DNA of 64,000 bases, taken from Nitrospirota bacterium (GTDB lineage: Bacteria; Nitrospirota; Thermodesulfovibrionia; Thermodesulfovibrionales; Dissulfurispiraceae). The position numbers and the translations under genes are program-made. Numbering within the stretch: position 1 is the first letter of the stretch; each line of letters opens with the position of its first letter. Positions 48,879-57,940 of the stretch are shown here, in pieces. The stretch is taken from NCBI GenBank assembly GCA_963790025.1, contig CAWBMP010000005.1, forward strand, positions 96,001 through 160,000, in the 5' to 3' direction. The notes under the pieces are model-generated. The model saw only the letters and a program-made list of their open reading frames with translations, made no database searches and had not been told where the DNA came from.

Positions 48879-49694
48879 GTGATATCGCATAACAGGGAAT
48901 TTACCGAAGATCAATTACAGAGGTATAATCGTCATATTCTCCTGCCTGAGGTCGGGGCAGCAGGACAAGGAAAGCTGCTGGATGCAAAAGTATTCATTGT
49001 GGGTGCCGGCGGTCTAGGAAGCCCTGTGGGCTATTATCTTGCTGCGGCAGGCATCGGCACTATCGGGATCATTGATAACGACAGGGTGGAAATCAGCAAC
49101 CTGCAACGGCAGATAGCGCACAGTACAAAGACGCTCGGCATGCTTAAAGTTGAATCGGCAAAGGCGACCTTCGAGGCTTTGAATCCGGATGTTAAAGTCA
49201 TAGGCCTTGCGGAAAGGCTTTCTAAAGATACGATCAGAGATATTATCATAAATTACGATGTAGTTGTGGATTGCAGCGACAACTTCCCGACCCGCTATCT
49301 GGTCAATGATGCGTGTGTGATGGTGAAAAAGCCGCTGGTAAGCGGCGCCATTCTCAGGTTTGAGGGCCAGGTGACGACAGTTTTGCCTGGAGAAGGCCAC
49401 TGCTACCGGTGTCTGTTTGAAGAAATGCCGCCGGCAGGACATGCACCCTCCTGCCAGGATGTGGGGGTCATCGGAGCGATCCCGGGAGTAGTCGGCTCTT
49501 TGCAGGCAGTTGAGGTTATCAAACTTATTCTCGGCAAGGGAGAGGTACTGAAAAACACTCTGCTGATATACGATGCCCTGAAAACAACCTTCAGGCGCGT
49601 CAGTGTCCCCAGGAATGATGAATGCCCGGTGTGCGGGGCAAACCCCATCATTACTGAACTGCAGGACTACGAGTCTGGATATTGCCGGGCTTGA
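48879..49694 (+). CDS. moeB: MoeB/ThiF family sulfur-carrier adenylyltransferase (no rhodanese tail)
   Basis: RYNRH, GAGGLG, SNLQRQ, DCSDNF.TRY, CYRC, CPVC. Confidence 0.9.
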   Translation: MISHNREFTEDQLQRYNRHILLPEVGAAGQGKLLDAKVFIVGAGGLGSPVGYYLAAAGIGTIGIIDNDRVEISNLQRQIAHSTKTLGMLKVESAKATFEALNPDVKVIGLAERLSKDTIRDIIINYDVVVDCSDNFPTRYLVNDACVMVKKPLVSGAILRFEGQVTTVLPGEGHCYRCLFEEMPPAGHAPSCQDVGVIGAIPGVVGSLQAVEVIKLILGKGEVLKNTLLIYDALKTTFRRVSVPRNDECPVCGANPIITELQDYESGYCRA

Positions 49695-50101
49695 CTGAAA
49701 CATATCAAATAACAATACCGGAGCGTATCTTTGACGAAATGATAGCCTATTGCAGGGCCGGCTATCCGAACGAGGTGTGCGGGATTTTAGCCGGCAGGGG
49801 GCAAGAGGTCTCCAGTCTTTACCGGATGCGGAACGTCGATGGTTCACCGGTAAGCTACCTGATGGATTCAAAAGAACAAATCCAGGTAATGAAAACGTTG
49901 CGTGATGAAGGGCTCTCAATGGTGGGGCTGTTCCATTCCCACCCCGATTTTGCGGCGTACCCGTCGGCAAAAGACGTGGAACTCGCGTTTTACGAAGACA
50001 GCGTCTATGTTATTGTGAGTCTGATTGAAAAAAGGCCGCGGGCTAAAGCGTTCTTCATCAGAAACGGCACGGTCGAAGAGGTAGAAATCAGAAATCGCTA
50101 A
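49691..50101 (+). CDS. JAMM/MPN+ (Mec-like, M67) metallopeptidase
   Basis: PNEVCG.L.G and HSHP...YPS..D JAMM motif. Confidence 0.9.
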   Translation: MTETYQITIPERIFDEMIAYCRAGYPNEVCGILAGRGQEVSSLYRMRNVDGSPVSYLMDSKEQIQVMKTLRDEGLSMVGLFHSHPDFAAYPSAKDVELAFYEDSVYVIVSLIEKRPRAKAFFIRNGTVEEVEIRNR

Positions 50102-50197
50102 CTACTTTGATTTTCTACCGATTTTAAAGTAAAATAAAAATTCGTTCAGGAACTGTCCAGAGGGGTTATTGCTCGCAGTAATGAACAGGAGGTCCTT

Positions 50198-51436
50198 ATG
50201 GGATTTGTCAGAGGTCTGAAGTGCAGGGAATGCGGCAGGGAGTATCCTGTTGATCCTATATATGTCTGCGAATTTTGCTTCGGTCCTTTGGAAGTCTCTT
50301 ACGACTACACAATGATCAGGAAGGCGCTGACACGCAAAACTATAGAAAAGCGGGAAAAAAACCTCTGGCGTTATAAAGAACTGCTTCCAATAAACGGCGA
50401 GCCGCAGGTGGGACTTGATTCCGGTTTTACCCCTCTGGTAAAGGCTGATAACCTTGCCGGTGCCCTCGGCATTAAGGAACTGTATGTTAAAGACGACACT
50501 GTGGTGCATCCCACTTTGTCGTTCAAGGACCGGGTTGTTGCCGTTGCGCTTACGAAAGCAAAGGAGTTCGGATTTGATACGGTGGCATGCGCATCTACCG
50601 GCAACCTGGCCCACTCGGTTTCGGCTCATGGCGCCAAGGCGGGCTTCAAACGTTTTGTGTTTATTCCCGCCTCTCTTGAGCAGAGCAAGATAGTTGCCTC
50701 GCTGGTATATGAACCGAACCTGGTGGCGGTTGACGGCAATTATGATGAGGTCAACAGGCTTTGCAGTGAGATTGCCAATAAATACCCGTGGGCCTTTGTC
50801 AATATAAACATAAGGCCGTTCTATGCGGAGGGCTCGAAGACACAGGGGTTCGAGATTATCGAGCAATTGGGATGGGAAGCCCCCGATAATGTGGTTGTGC
50901 CTTGCGCCAGCGGTTCTCTTCTGACAAAAGTGTGGAAGGCGTTCAAAGAGTTCAAGGAAATAGGACTCATCAAAAAGCTGGACACAAAAGTGTTTGCGGC
51001 CCAGGCAACAGGATGTTCTCCCATTGCCTGTGCCATAAAGCAGGGGACCGATATAATAAGGCCGGTCAAGCCTGACACGGTTGCTAAATCGCTTGCCATA
51101 GGCAACCCTGCCGATGGGTACTATGCCTGGCATGTCGTTAATGAAACCGGAGGCTACGGAGAGGATGTTTCCGATCAAGAGATTATAGAAGGGATAAAAC
51201 TTCTTGCAAGGACAGAGGGTATTTTTGCCGAAACCGCGGGAGGCGTGACAGTCGCAACGGCAAAAAAACTTATTGAGCAGGGAAAAATAGGCAGGAACGA
51301 AAGAACTGTAATATGCATTACCGGCAATGGTCTGAAGACCCAGGAAGCTCTTGACGGGCACACAGCCTCAGTGCATAATATCAAACCGAACATGGCAGCG
51401 TTCGAAGAGTTTTTTAAGAAAATAGGCGATAGGTGA
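50198..51436 (+). CDS. thrC: Threonine synthase-family PLP enzyme (possibly a sulfur-carrier-dependent sulfhydrylase)
   Basis: N-terminal CRECG..C..CFGPL, PTLSFKDR, CASTGN, EGSKT, SLAIGNPADG, TGNGLKT. Confidence 0.8.
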   Translation: MGFVRGLKCRECGREYPVDPIYVCEFCFGPLEVSYDYTMIRKALTRKTIEKREKNLWRYKELLPINGEPQVGLDSGFTPLVKADNLAGALGIKELYVKDDTVVHPTLSFKDRVVAVALTKAKEFGFDTVACASTGNLAHSVSAHGAKAGFKRFVFIPASLEQSKIVASLVYEPNLVAVDGNYDEVNRLCSEIANKYPWAFVNINIRPFYAEGSKTQGFEIIEQLGWEAPDNVVVPCASGSLLTKVWKAFKEFKEIGLIKKLDTKVFAAQATGCSPIACAIKQGTDIIRPVKPDTVAKSLAIGNPADGYYAWHVVNETGGYGEDVSDQEIIEGIKLLARTEGIFAETAGGVTVATAKKLIEQGKIGRNERTVICITGNGLKTQEALDGHTASVHNIKPNMAAFEEFFKKIGDR

Positions 51437-51468
51437 TCGCCTATAGCCTGATTTAAGGAGGTGTTTGT

Positions 51469-51756
51469 ATGGCGGTAAAAGTCAGAATCCCGACGCCCCT
51501 CCAGCGGCTTACCCAGGGGAAAGAGGAGGTTGAAGGTAAGGCTGGTGTAATTATAGAGATTATTAATGACCTTGAGGCGCGCTACCCGGGCATTGCAGAA
51601 AGAATATCGGAGGGCGGCAAGGTGAGGAGATTTGTCAACGTGTATGTCAACGAGGAGGATATCAGGTTTTTACAGGCTGAACAAACGCCTGTAAAGGACG
51701 GGGACGAGGTTTCTATTGTTCCGGCCATAGCCGGAGGTTCGGAGTCAAGGATCTAG
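51469..51756 (+). CDS. MoaD/ThiS/CysO-type sulfur carrier protein with a C-terminal extension after GG
   Basis: VRIPTPL, RRFVNVYVNEEDIRFL, SIVPAIAGG-SESRI. Confidence 0.9.
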   Translation: MAVKVRIPTPLQRLTQGKEEVEGKAGVIIEIINDLEARYPGIAERISEGGKVRRFVNVYVNEEDIRFLQAEQTPVKDGDEVSIVPAIAGGSESRI

Positions 51757-51795
51757 CGTCGCGCCTGGTGTTTGACGATTAAAAAGGAGGAGAAC

Positions 51796-52032
51796 ATGAA
51801 AAGGCGTGTAAAATTGACGTTTCCTCAGAATCTTATCAAAGAACCGGTAATATTTACCATGGCTAAAAAGTATGATATCCTGCCCAATATACGGCGGGCG
51901 CGGGTGACCGACACGATTGGCGAAATGATTCTTGAACTGGAGGGAGACGAAGAGAAACTTGAAAAAGGGATCAAGTCTTTACAGGAGCAGGGGATTGAAG
52001 TAGAGTTGATCGAAGGAGACGTAGTACAGTAA
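51796..52032 (+). CDS. Stand-alone NIL domain protein
   Basis: LTFP...KEPVI, PNIRRARV, G.MILELEG, G.EVE; RBS AAGGAGG. Confidence 0.82.
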   Translation: MKRRVKLTFPQNLIKEPVIFTMAKKYDILPNIRRARVTDTIGEMILELEGDEEKLEKGIKSLQEQGIEVELIEGDVVQ

Positions 52033-53253
52033 GTGAAATACATTGTTATTATTGGAGACGGTATGGCGGACAGGCCGGTCAGTGACATCGGCGGGCTGAC
52101 CCCGCTCAAAAAGGCTGTCACGCCTAACATGGATAGGCTTGCCAGCGAAGGGATCATCGGCAGCGTCCGTACGGTCCCGGAGGGCATGCATCCCGGTTCC
52201 GATGTTGCAAACCTTAGTATTCTCGGCTATGCACCGCAGTTTTACTATACAGGAAGAGCGCCGCTTGAAGCTGCAAGTATCGGGGTTGCGCTCGACGTGC
52301 ATGACGTCGCTTACCGGTGCAACCTGGTGACGCTGAAATTCAACGAAGACAAGACCCGCGCTGTTATGGATGATTACAGCAGCGGACATATCTCTACCGA
52401 AGAGGCGCGTGAAATTATCGCTGCGATCGGAGAGAAGCTTGGCAGGATGGATCTGGTATTCTACCCCGGTGTCAGCTACCGGCATCTCATGGTATGGAAG
52501 AACGGCTCTGCGGACCTCGAATGCACGCCGCCCCATGACATACTTGAAAAGGAGATTGCTGAATATTTGCCTGCAGGAAAGGGAGAAGACGTCCTGAAAG
52601 AGCTGATGAGAAGTTCGGTTTCTCTGCTCGAAGGACATCCGGTAAACAGGAAGCGGGTGGAGAGCGGCAAGAAACCGGCAAACAGTATCTGGTTGTGGGG
52701 CCAGGGAAGGAAACCGCAGCTTCCGACATTTAAGGAGAAATATGGTATTACCGGGGCACTTGTATCCGCAGTCGATCTTACCAAGGGGCTCGGCATATAT
52801 GCAGGATTTGAAGTGCTCGAGGTGCCTGGTGCAACAGGATGGCTTGATACCAATTATGCGGGGAAGACCGAGTATGCACTGCGCGCCCTTAATCACGTTG
52901 ATTTCGTCTATATCCATATAGAGGCGCCTGATGAAGCGGGACACGCGGGAAGCTGTAAAGACAAGATACAGGCAATAGAGGACTTTGATGCCCTTGTCGT
53001 AGGCCCCGTGATGAAGGGGTTGGAAGAGCGCTTTAAGGAATATCGCGTGCTGCTTATGCCTGATCACGCAACGCCTGTCAGGATCAGGACCCATACTGAC
53101 GAACCTGTCCCGTTCGTCATCTACGACAGCCGCAGGAAGATGATGGACCGTCACGTAGCTTATGATGAGTCCATTGTTGAAAGAAACGACAGGATGGTCG
53201 TTGAAGACGGGCACCGGCTGATGGATTTACTTATCAGGGAGGTACTGGACTGA
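52033..53253 (+). CDS. apgM: Cofactor-independent phosphoglycerate mutase-like protein (ApgM; subfamily proposed as an alternative homoserine kinase)
   Basis: [39 protein letters not shown]. Confidence 0.88.
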   Translation: MKYIVIIGDGMADRPVSDIGGLTPLKKAVTPNMDRLASEGIIGSVRTVPEGMHPGSDVANLSILGYAPQFYYTGRAPLEAASIGVALDVHDVAYRCNLVTLKFNEDKTRAVMDDYSSGHISTEEAREIIAAIGEKLGRMDLVFYPGVSYRHLMVWKNGSADLECTPPHDILEKEIAEYLPAGKGEDVLKELMRSSVSLLEGHPVNRKRVESGKKPANSIWLWGQGRKPQLPTFKEKYGITGALVSAVDLTKGLGIYAGFEVLEVPGATGWLDTNYAGKTEYALRALNHVDFVYIHIEAPDEAGHAGSCKDKIQAIEDFDALVVGPVMKGLEERFKEYRVLLMPDHATPVRIRTHTDEPVPFVIYDSRRKMMDRHVAYDESIVERNDRMVVEDGHRLMDLLIREVLD

Positions 53254-54473
53254 TGCTTATTGTTCAGAAATACGGAGGCACGTCCGTTGCCAATACAGAC
53301 AGGATCAAGGCGGTTGCCGAGCGTGTGGTCAAGACGGCAAAGCAAGGCAACAAGGTCGTTGTCGTTGTTTCCGCAATGTCCGGAGAAACGGACAAACTAA
53401 TAAATCTGGCCCATCAGGTTTCATCAGATCCGAGCAATCGTGAAATGGACTTGCTCCTGTCATCGGGAGAGCGTATAACCAGCGCGCTCACTGCTATTGC
53501 CATTGAAGCACTGGGACATAAGGCGATGGCGCTTACAGGAAGACAGATGGGTATTATTACCGATACGGTCCACACCAGGGCCAGGATAGAAAAAATCTCC
53601 TGCGTGAGGGCTGAAAAGGCGCTTTCGGAGGATTACATACTGGTGATCGCCGGTTTTCAGGGGATCACCGAGAATGAGGAAGTGACTACACTCGGAAGAG
53701 GAGGCTCCGATCTGTCGGCGGTGGCTATAGCCTCTGCACTGAATGCCGACCTGTGCGAGATTTATACTGATGTCGACGGCGTTTATACTACTGATCCGAA
53801 TATTGTTCCCGAGGCCAGGAAACTCGACAAGATTTCATTCGAGGAGATGATCGAACTGGCAAGCCTCGGCGCAAAAGTGCTTCAGACGAGATCGGTCGAA
53901 TTCGCCATGAAATATGAGGTGCCCCTGGTCGTACGTTCAAGCTTCAACTACAACGAGGGCACGTTGGTGACCAAGGAGGACGAGGATATGGAAAAGGTTG
54001 TGGTATCAGGGGTCGCATACGATAAAAACCAGACAAAAATTACTGTTATGGGAGTCCCTGATAGGCCCGGCATCGCTGCGACGCTGTTCAAAGGGATTGC
54101 GGATGCAAGCATCGTGGTCGATATGATTGTTCAGAACGTCAGCAGTGACGGGAAGGCCGCCGATATCTCGTTCACGGTACCGAAGACGGACAGTAAAAAG
54201 GCCCTTGAACTGACTGAGGAGATTGCAAAGGAACTCGGCGCAAAGGGAGTGCTTGTAAGGGAGGACATCTCCAAGATCTCGATTGTCGGGGTCGGCATGA
54301 GGACCCATTCCGGTGTTGCTGCGCAGATGTTCGAGACCCTTTCGAAGCACGGCGTCAACATTATTATGATCAGCACTTCGGAAATAAAAGTTTCGTGCAT
54401 CATAGACCTCAAATATACAGAACTGGCTGTGAGGGTGCTGCATGACATCTTCGGGCTGGCAGAAGGCATATAA
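53253..54473 (+). CDS. lysC: Aspartate kinase
   Basis: [31 protein letters not shown], two ACT domains. Confidence 0.96.
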   Translation: MLIVQKYGGTSVANTDRIKAVAERVVKTAKQGNKVVVVVSAMSGETDKLINLAHQVSSDPSNREMDLLLSSGERITSALTAIAIEALGHKAMALTGRQMGIITDTVHTRARIEKISCVRAEKALSEDYILVIAGFQGITENEEVTTLGRGGSDLSAVAIASALNADLCEIYTDVDGVYTTDPNIVPEARKLDKISFEEMIELASLGAKVLQTRSVEFAMKYEVPLVVRSSFNYNEGTLVTKEDEDMEKVVVSGVAYDKNQTKITVMGVPDRPGIAATLFKGIADASIVVDMIVQNVSSDGKAADISFTVPKTDSKKALELTEEIAKELGAKGVLVREDISKISIVGVGMRTHSGVAAQMFETLSKHGVNIIMISTSEIKVSCIIDLKYTELAVRVLHDIFGLAEGI

Positions 54474-54474
54474 A

Positions 54475-56052
54475 ATGATATCCGTGAGCACGATCGAAAT
54501 ATATGATACCACCCTACGGGACGGCTCACAGGCTGAGGATATTTCCCTGTCCGTTGAAGATAAACTCCGGATCACCGAGAAGCTCGACGAAATAGGTATC
54601 CATTATATTGAAGGGGGGTGGCCGGGCTCCAACCCCAAGGATGCCGAATATTTCAAGAAGGTAAAAAAACTCCCTCTTGCCAACTCGTTGGTGGCAGCTT
54701 TCGGCAGCACGCACAGCCCTAAACACAGCGTCGAGGACGACCCGAATTTAAAGGCGCTCGTTGATGCAAAGGTGGGGATTATCACCATCTTCGGAAAGAC
54801 CTGGGACTTCCATGTAAAAGAGGCATTAAGAATTTCTCTTGAAGAGAACCTAGATATTATTCACAATTCGGTCCTCTTTCTGAAAAAGTATGCCGGGAAG
54901 GTTTTCTTCGACGCAGAGCACTTTTTTAACGGTTACAAAGACAACCCCGGTTTTGCCGTTAAGTGTCTTGAAGCCGCGCAAGCCGCGGGAGCCGACTGCC
55001 TGGTTCTCTGCGATACGAACGGAGGGACATTGCCGGAGGAGATCCGGCAGATTGTGAAAACGGTCGGCAATAAAATTGAGACGCCCATCGGTATCCACGC
55101 CCACAACGATTCCGATTGCGCAGTGGCAAACTCTTTGATTGCGGTCGAAACCGGGGCTGTGCAGGTGCAAGGGACAATCAATGGGTTCGGGGAACGTTGC
55201 GGCAATGCCAATCTGTGCTCAATCATTCCCAACCTGCAGTTAAAATTGGGATATGCCTGTCTTGCAGGCGACAGGTTGAATAAATTGCGCGATGTGTCAA
55301 GGTTCGTCAACGAGATAGCGAATATGCGGCATTTCAAAAGGCAGCCGTTTGTCGGCGACAGCGCTTTTGCCCATAAGGGCGGCATTCATGTAAGCGCTGT
55401 AAGAAGGAGGCCCGAAACCTACGAGCATATCCAGCCTGAGCTGGTGGGCAATTCTCAGAGAATACTGATCTCCGACCTTGCAGGCAGGAGCAATATACTC
55501 AGGAAGGCCGAAGAATTCAATATCCATCTGGAAGCCAATTCACCTGAAGTGCAGGGCATTCTGGATTCGCTCAAAGACCTGGAGCATCAGGGCTTCCAGT
55601 TTGAGGGCGCCGAAGCGTCGTTTGAGCTGCTGCTTAAAAAAGCACTCGGGCTCCACCGGAGATTTTTTGATCTTATCGGCTTCAGGGTCATCGATGAGAA
55701 GAGGAAGGAAAGTGAGCTGCCGCTGAGCGAAGCAACGATTATGTTAAAGGTAGGCAAGAACATCGAGCACACAGCAGCCGCCGGCCACGGTCCTGTCAAT
55801 GCCCTCGACAACGCCCTGAGGAAAGCACTTGAGAAATTCTACCCTGAGTTGAAATCGGTCAAGCTGCACGATTATAAGGTACGCGTCCTGACCGCGGGTA
55901 AGGGCACCTCTGCACGCGTGCGGGTTTTGGTGGAGTCCGGTGATGAGATGCACAGTTGGGGGACCGTTGGAGTTTCCGAAAATATCATCGAGGCATCCTG
56001 GCAGGCGCTCGTCGACAGCATCGATTACAAATTGCTGAAAGAAAAAGAGTAG
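54475..56052 (+). CDS. cimA: Citramalate synthase
   Basis: [46 protein letters not shown]. Confidence 0.92.
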   Translation: MISVSTIEIYDTTLRDGSQAEDISLSVEDKLRITEKLDEIGIHYIEGGWPGSNPKDAEYFKKVKKLPLANSLVAAFGSTHSPKHSVEDDPNLKALVDAKVGIITIFGKTWDFHVKEALRISLEENLDIIHNSVLFLKKYAGKVFFDAEHFFNGYKDNPGFAVKCLEAAQAAGADCLVLCDTNGGTLPEEIRQIVKTVGNKIETPIGIHAHNDSDCAVANSLIAVETGAVQVQGTINGFGERCGNANLCSIIPNLQLKLGYACLAGDRLNKLRDVSRFVNEIANMRHFKRQPFVGDSAFAHKGGIHVSAVRRRPETYEHIQPELVGNSQRILISDLAGRSNILRKAEEFNIHLEANSPEVQGILDSLKDLEHQGFQFEGAEASFELLLKKALGLHRRFFDLIGFRVIDEKRKESELPLSEATIMLKVGKNIEHTAAAGHGPVNALDNALRKALEKFYPELKSVKLHDYKVRVLTAGKGTSARVRVLVESGDEMHSWGTVGVSENIIEASWQALVDSIDYKLLKEKE

Positions 56053-56209
56053 AGCTGGAGAATTACCACTACTTGACCGCCTGATAATACATTATCAAGT
56101 CCTGCCTTATGTTTGTTATTCATCAGTATTAGCCGAGATTACTTTCCAAAGTTGAAGCTCGCAGTTATACTTAATATAAATAGACGTCTTCACTGAGGAG
56201 GACCAAGCC

Positions 56210-56311
56210 ATGAAGGTTATAGTTATAGGTGCAACGGCCACAATGGGAAAAGCCATAGTGAAAGCCCTCGAAGGCTCCATGGATGGTGAGGTGATTGATG
56301 CAATCCGATAG
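56210..56311 (+). pseudogene. Internally deleted short-chain dehydrogenase remnant
   Basis: Strong RBS GAGGAGG, then MKVIVIGATATMGKAIVKALE-GSMDGEVIDAIR*: a Rossmann start joined to an SDR-like C-terminus. Confidence 0.6.
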
Positions 56312-56333
56312 TAAAACCGGCGGCTACTGCTTC

Positions 56334-56981
56334 ATGGATATCGTTGCCAGGGAGGCAGAAGAGTATGCTGCAGACCATACAACACCCCTGTCCGCGCTCC
56401 TTGAGGAGATCGAATACTTTACCCTGACGAGGACACCCTATCCCTCTATGCTCACAGGACGGGTTGAAGGCCGGTTCCTGCAGATCATAGCTCAACTGTC
56501 CAAGGCACGGCACATCGTCGATATTGGCACTTTTACCGGCTATTCGGCCCTTGCCATGGCCGGGGTCCTGCCCGATAACGGTAAACTTCTGACCATCGAA
56601 TATAATCCCGACTACGCGAAGATCGCCCAGAATTTCTTCGATCGCAGTCCAATCGGCTTTAAGATCGCCCTGCGTATGGGCAATGCCCTGGATATTCTGA
56701 AGACCCTGCCGGATGCCGAGACCGACCTTGTCTTCATCGATGCCGATAAACGAAACTACAGCGCCTATTACAAGGAATCGGTCCGGATTTTACGAAATGG
56801 CGGGTTGATACTTGCCGACAATGCCCTATGGTACGGCAGGGTCTTTGATCCGAAAGACGATGAAAGCCGGGCAATGGCAGACTTCAACGAACTGGTGAAA
56901 GGAGATAACCGGGTCGAGAAGCTGTTTCTTACCATCCGTGACGGGATTTATTTGATAAGAAAACATGCCGGCGTTGAATGA
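56334..56981 (+). CDS. O-methyltransferase (CCoAOMT/TrmR-like)
   Basis: DIGTFTGYSAL, FIDADK..Y, GGLI.ADN.LW.G, IRDG. Confidence 0.9.
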   Translation: MDIVAREAEEYAADHTTPLSALLEEIEYFTLTRTPYPSMLTGRVEGRFLQIIAQLSKARHIVDIGTFTGYSALAMAGVLPDNGKLLTIEYNPDYAKIAQNFFDRSPIGFKIALRMGNALDILKTLPDAETDLVFIDADKRNYSAYYKESVRILRNGGLILADNALWYGRVFDPKDDESRAMADFNELVKGDNRVEKLFLTIRDGIYLIRKHAGVE

Positions 56982-56987
56982 ACCCAC

Positions 56988-57386
56988 TTATGGCCTCCTG
57001 GGGATAAAATCGCCTGTTCTTGGATTATAGTATCCGTTTTTAGACGGGAAATAATATTCGCCCGTTCGGGGATTTATCACTCCCTCTCCTGATGGAGGCA
57101 GGTATTCTCCGGTCTGTGGATTTATCACACCGCGACGTTCCTGTTGCTGAGGCTGAACAGGTGACGATGGAACAGTTATAACCGGTGGCTTTGGGACGCT
57201 TATCTCAGGTGGTGGCGGCACATTTATTGCGGGTAGCCGTGGCATAACTATACCGGGTGGCGGCTGCATCTTTATCTGCATATCGCCGGTGCTATCATCT
57301 TTTGCTTCTTTATTGTTGGAGTAACCGGTCGAGGCAGTGATAACTGTTAGAAGAAGACCCAGTGATAGTAGAATTGTATACCGCAT
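56988..57386 (-). CDS. Secreted proline-rich protein with three C-terminal NP.TG repeats
   Basis: Signal peptide, Pro-rich linker, GVINPQTGEY / GVINPRTGEY / GYYNPRTGDF. Confidence 0.7.
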   Translation of the reverse strand: MRYTILLSLGLLLTVITASTGYSNNKEAKDDSTGDMQIKMQPPPGIVMPRLPAINVPPPPEISVPKPPVITVPSSPVQPQQQERRGVINPQTGEYLPPSGEGVINPRTGEYYFPSKNGYYNPRTGDFIPRRP

Positions 57387-57500
57387 AATATATCCCTATA
57401 ACTATACATACACCATTTTTTTAAATCGGTCAAATTGACCTACTACCAGATCGTTACCCATGTTTACTGTGCAATGGGATATATAGTAGGATAAATAGTC

Positions 57501-57938
57501 ATGGAAGAAATTGGGGTTGTAAAGGAAATCAAGGGCATAAAGGCTCTAATTACCGTACCGAAGCAGGACTCGTGCAAGTCTTGCCCGGGCACCGTTCTTT
57601 GTGAATCACTCGGAGCGGGCGAGGCGGTTATGGAGGCATACAACCATGTAGGCGCCAGGATCGGAGATACTGTTAGGGTGGGTTTCAAGTCCTCGAACTA
57701 TTTGAAAGGAACCATAATTGTTTATGGTCTTCCGGCTTTAATGCTCATTACAGGAGCGGTACTGGGAAAGGAATATATGGGCCCGTTTTTCCCCACCGTT
57801 GATCCCGATCTTGTATCTGCCGCCGCTGGATTCGGTCTGTTCGCTGTCACTTTTTTGATCTTAAAGCTGTGTTCAAAGTTGTTTGAGAATAAAAAAGAAT
57901 ACATGCCAATAATAGAAGAAATTATAAACAGGGGGTAG
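57501..57938 (+). CDS. rseC: RseC/MucC family protein
   Basis: EEIGVV, SCKSC..C, GD.V.V, YGLP, two TM helices, C-terminal P.I. Confidence 0.85.
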   Translation: MEEIGVVKEIKGIKALITVPKQDSCKSCPGTVLCESLGAGEAVMEAYNHVGARIGDTVRVGFKSSNYLKGTIIVYGLPALMLITGAVLGKEYMGPFFPTVDPDLVSAAAGFGLFAVTFLILKLCSKLFENKKEYMPIIEEIINRG

Positions 57939-57940
57939 TT

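Noticed and set aside
49014..53214. Long minus-strand ORFs (318, 419 and 411 aa)
   Set aside because: They mirror moeB/mec, the thrC-like gene and apgM; no RBS or recognisable domains.
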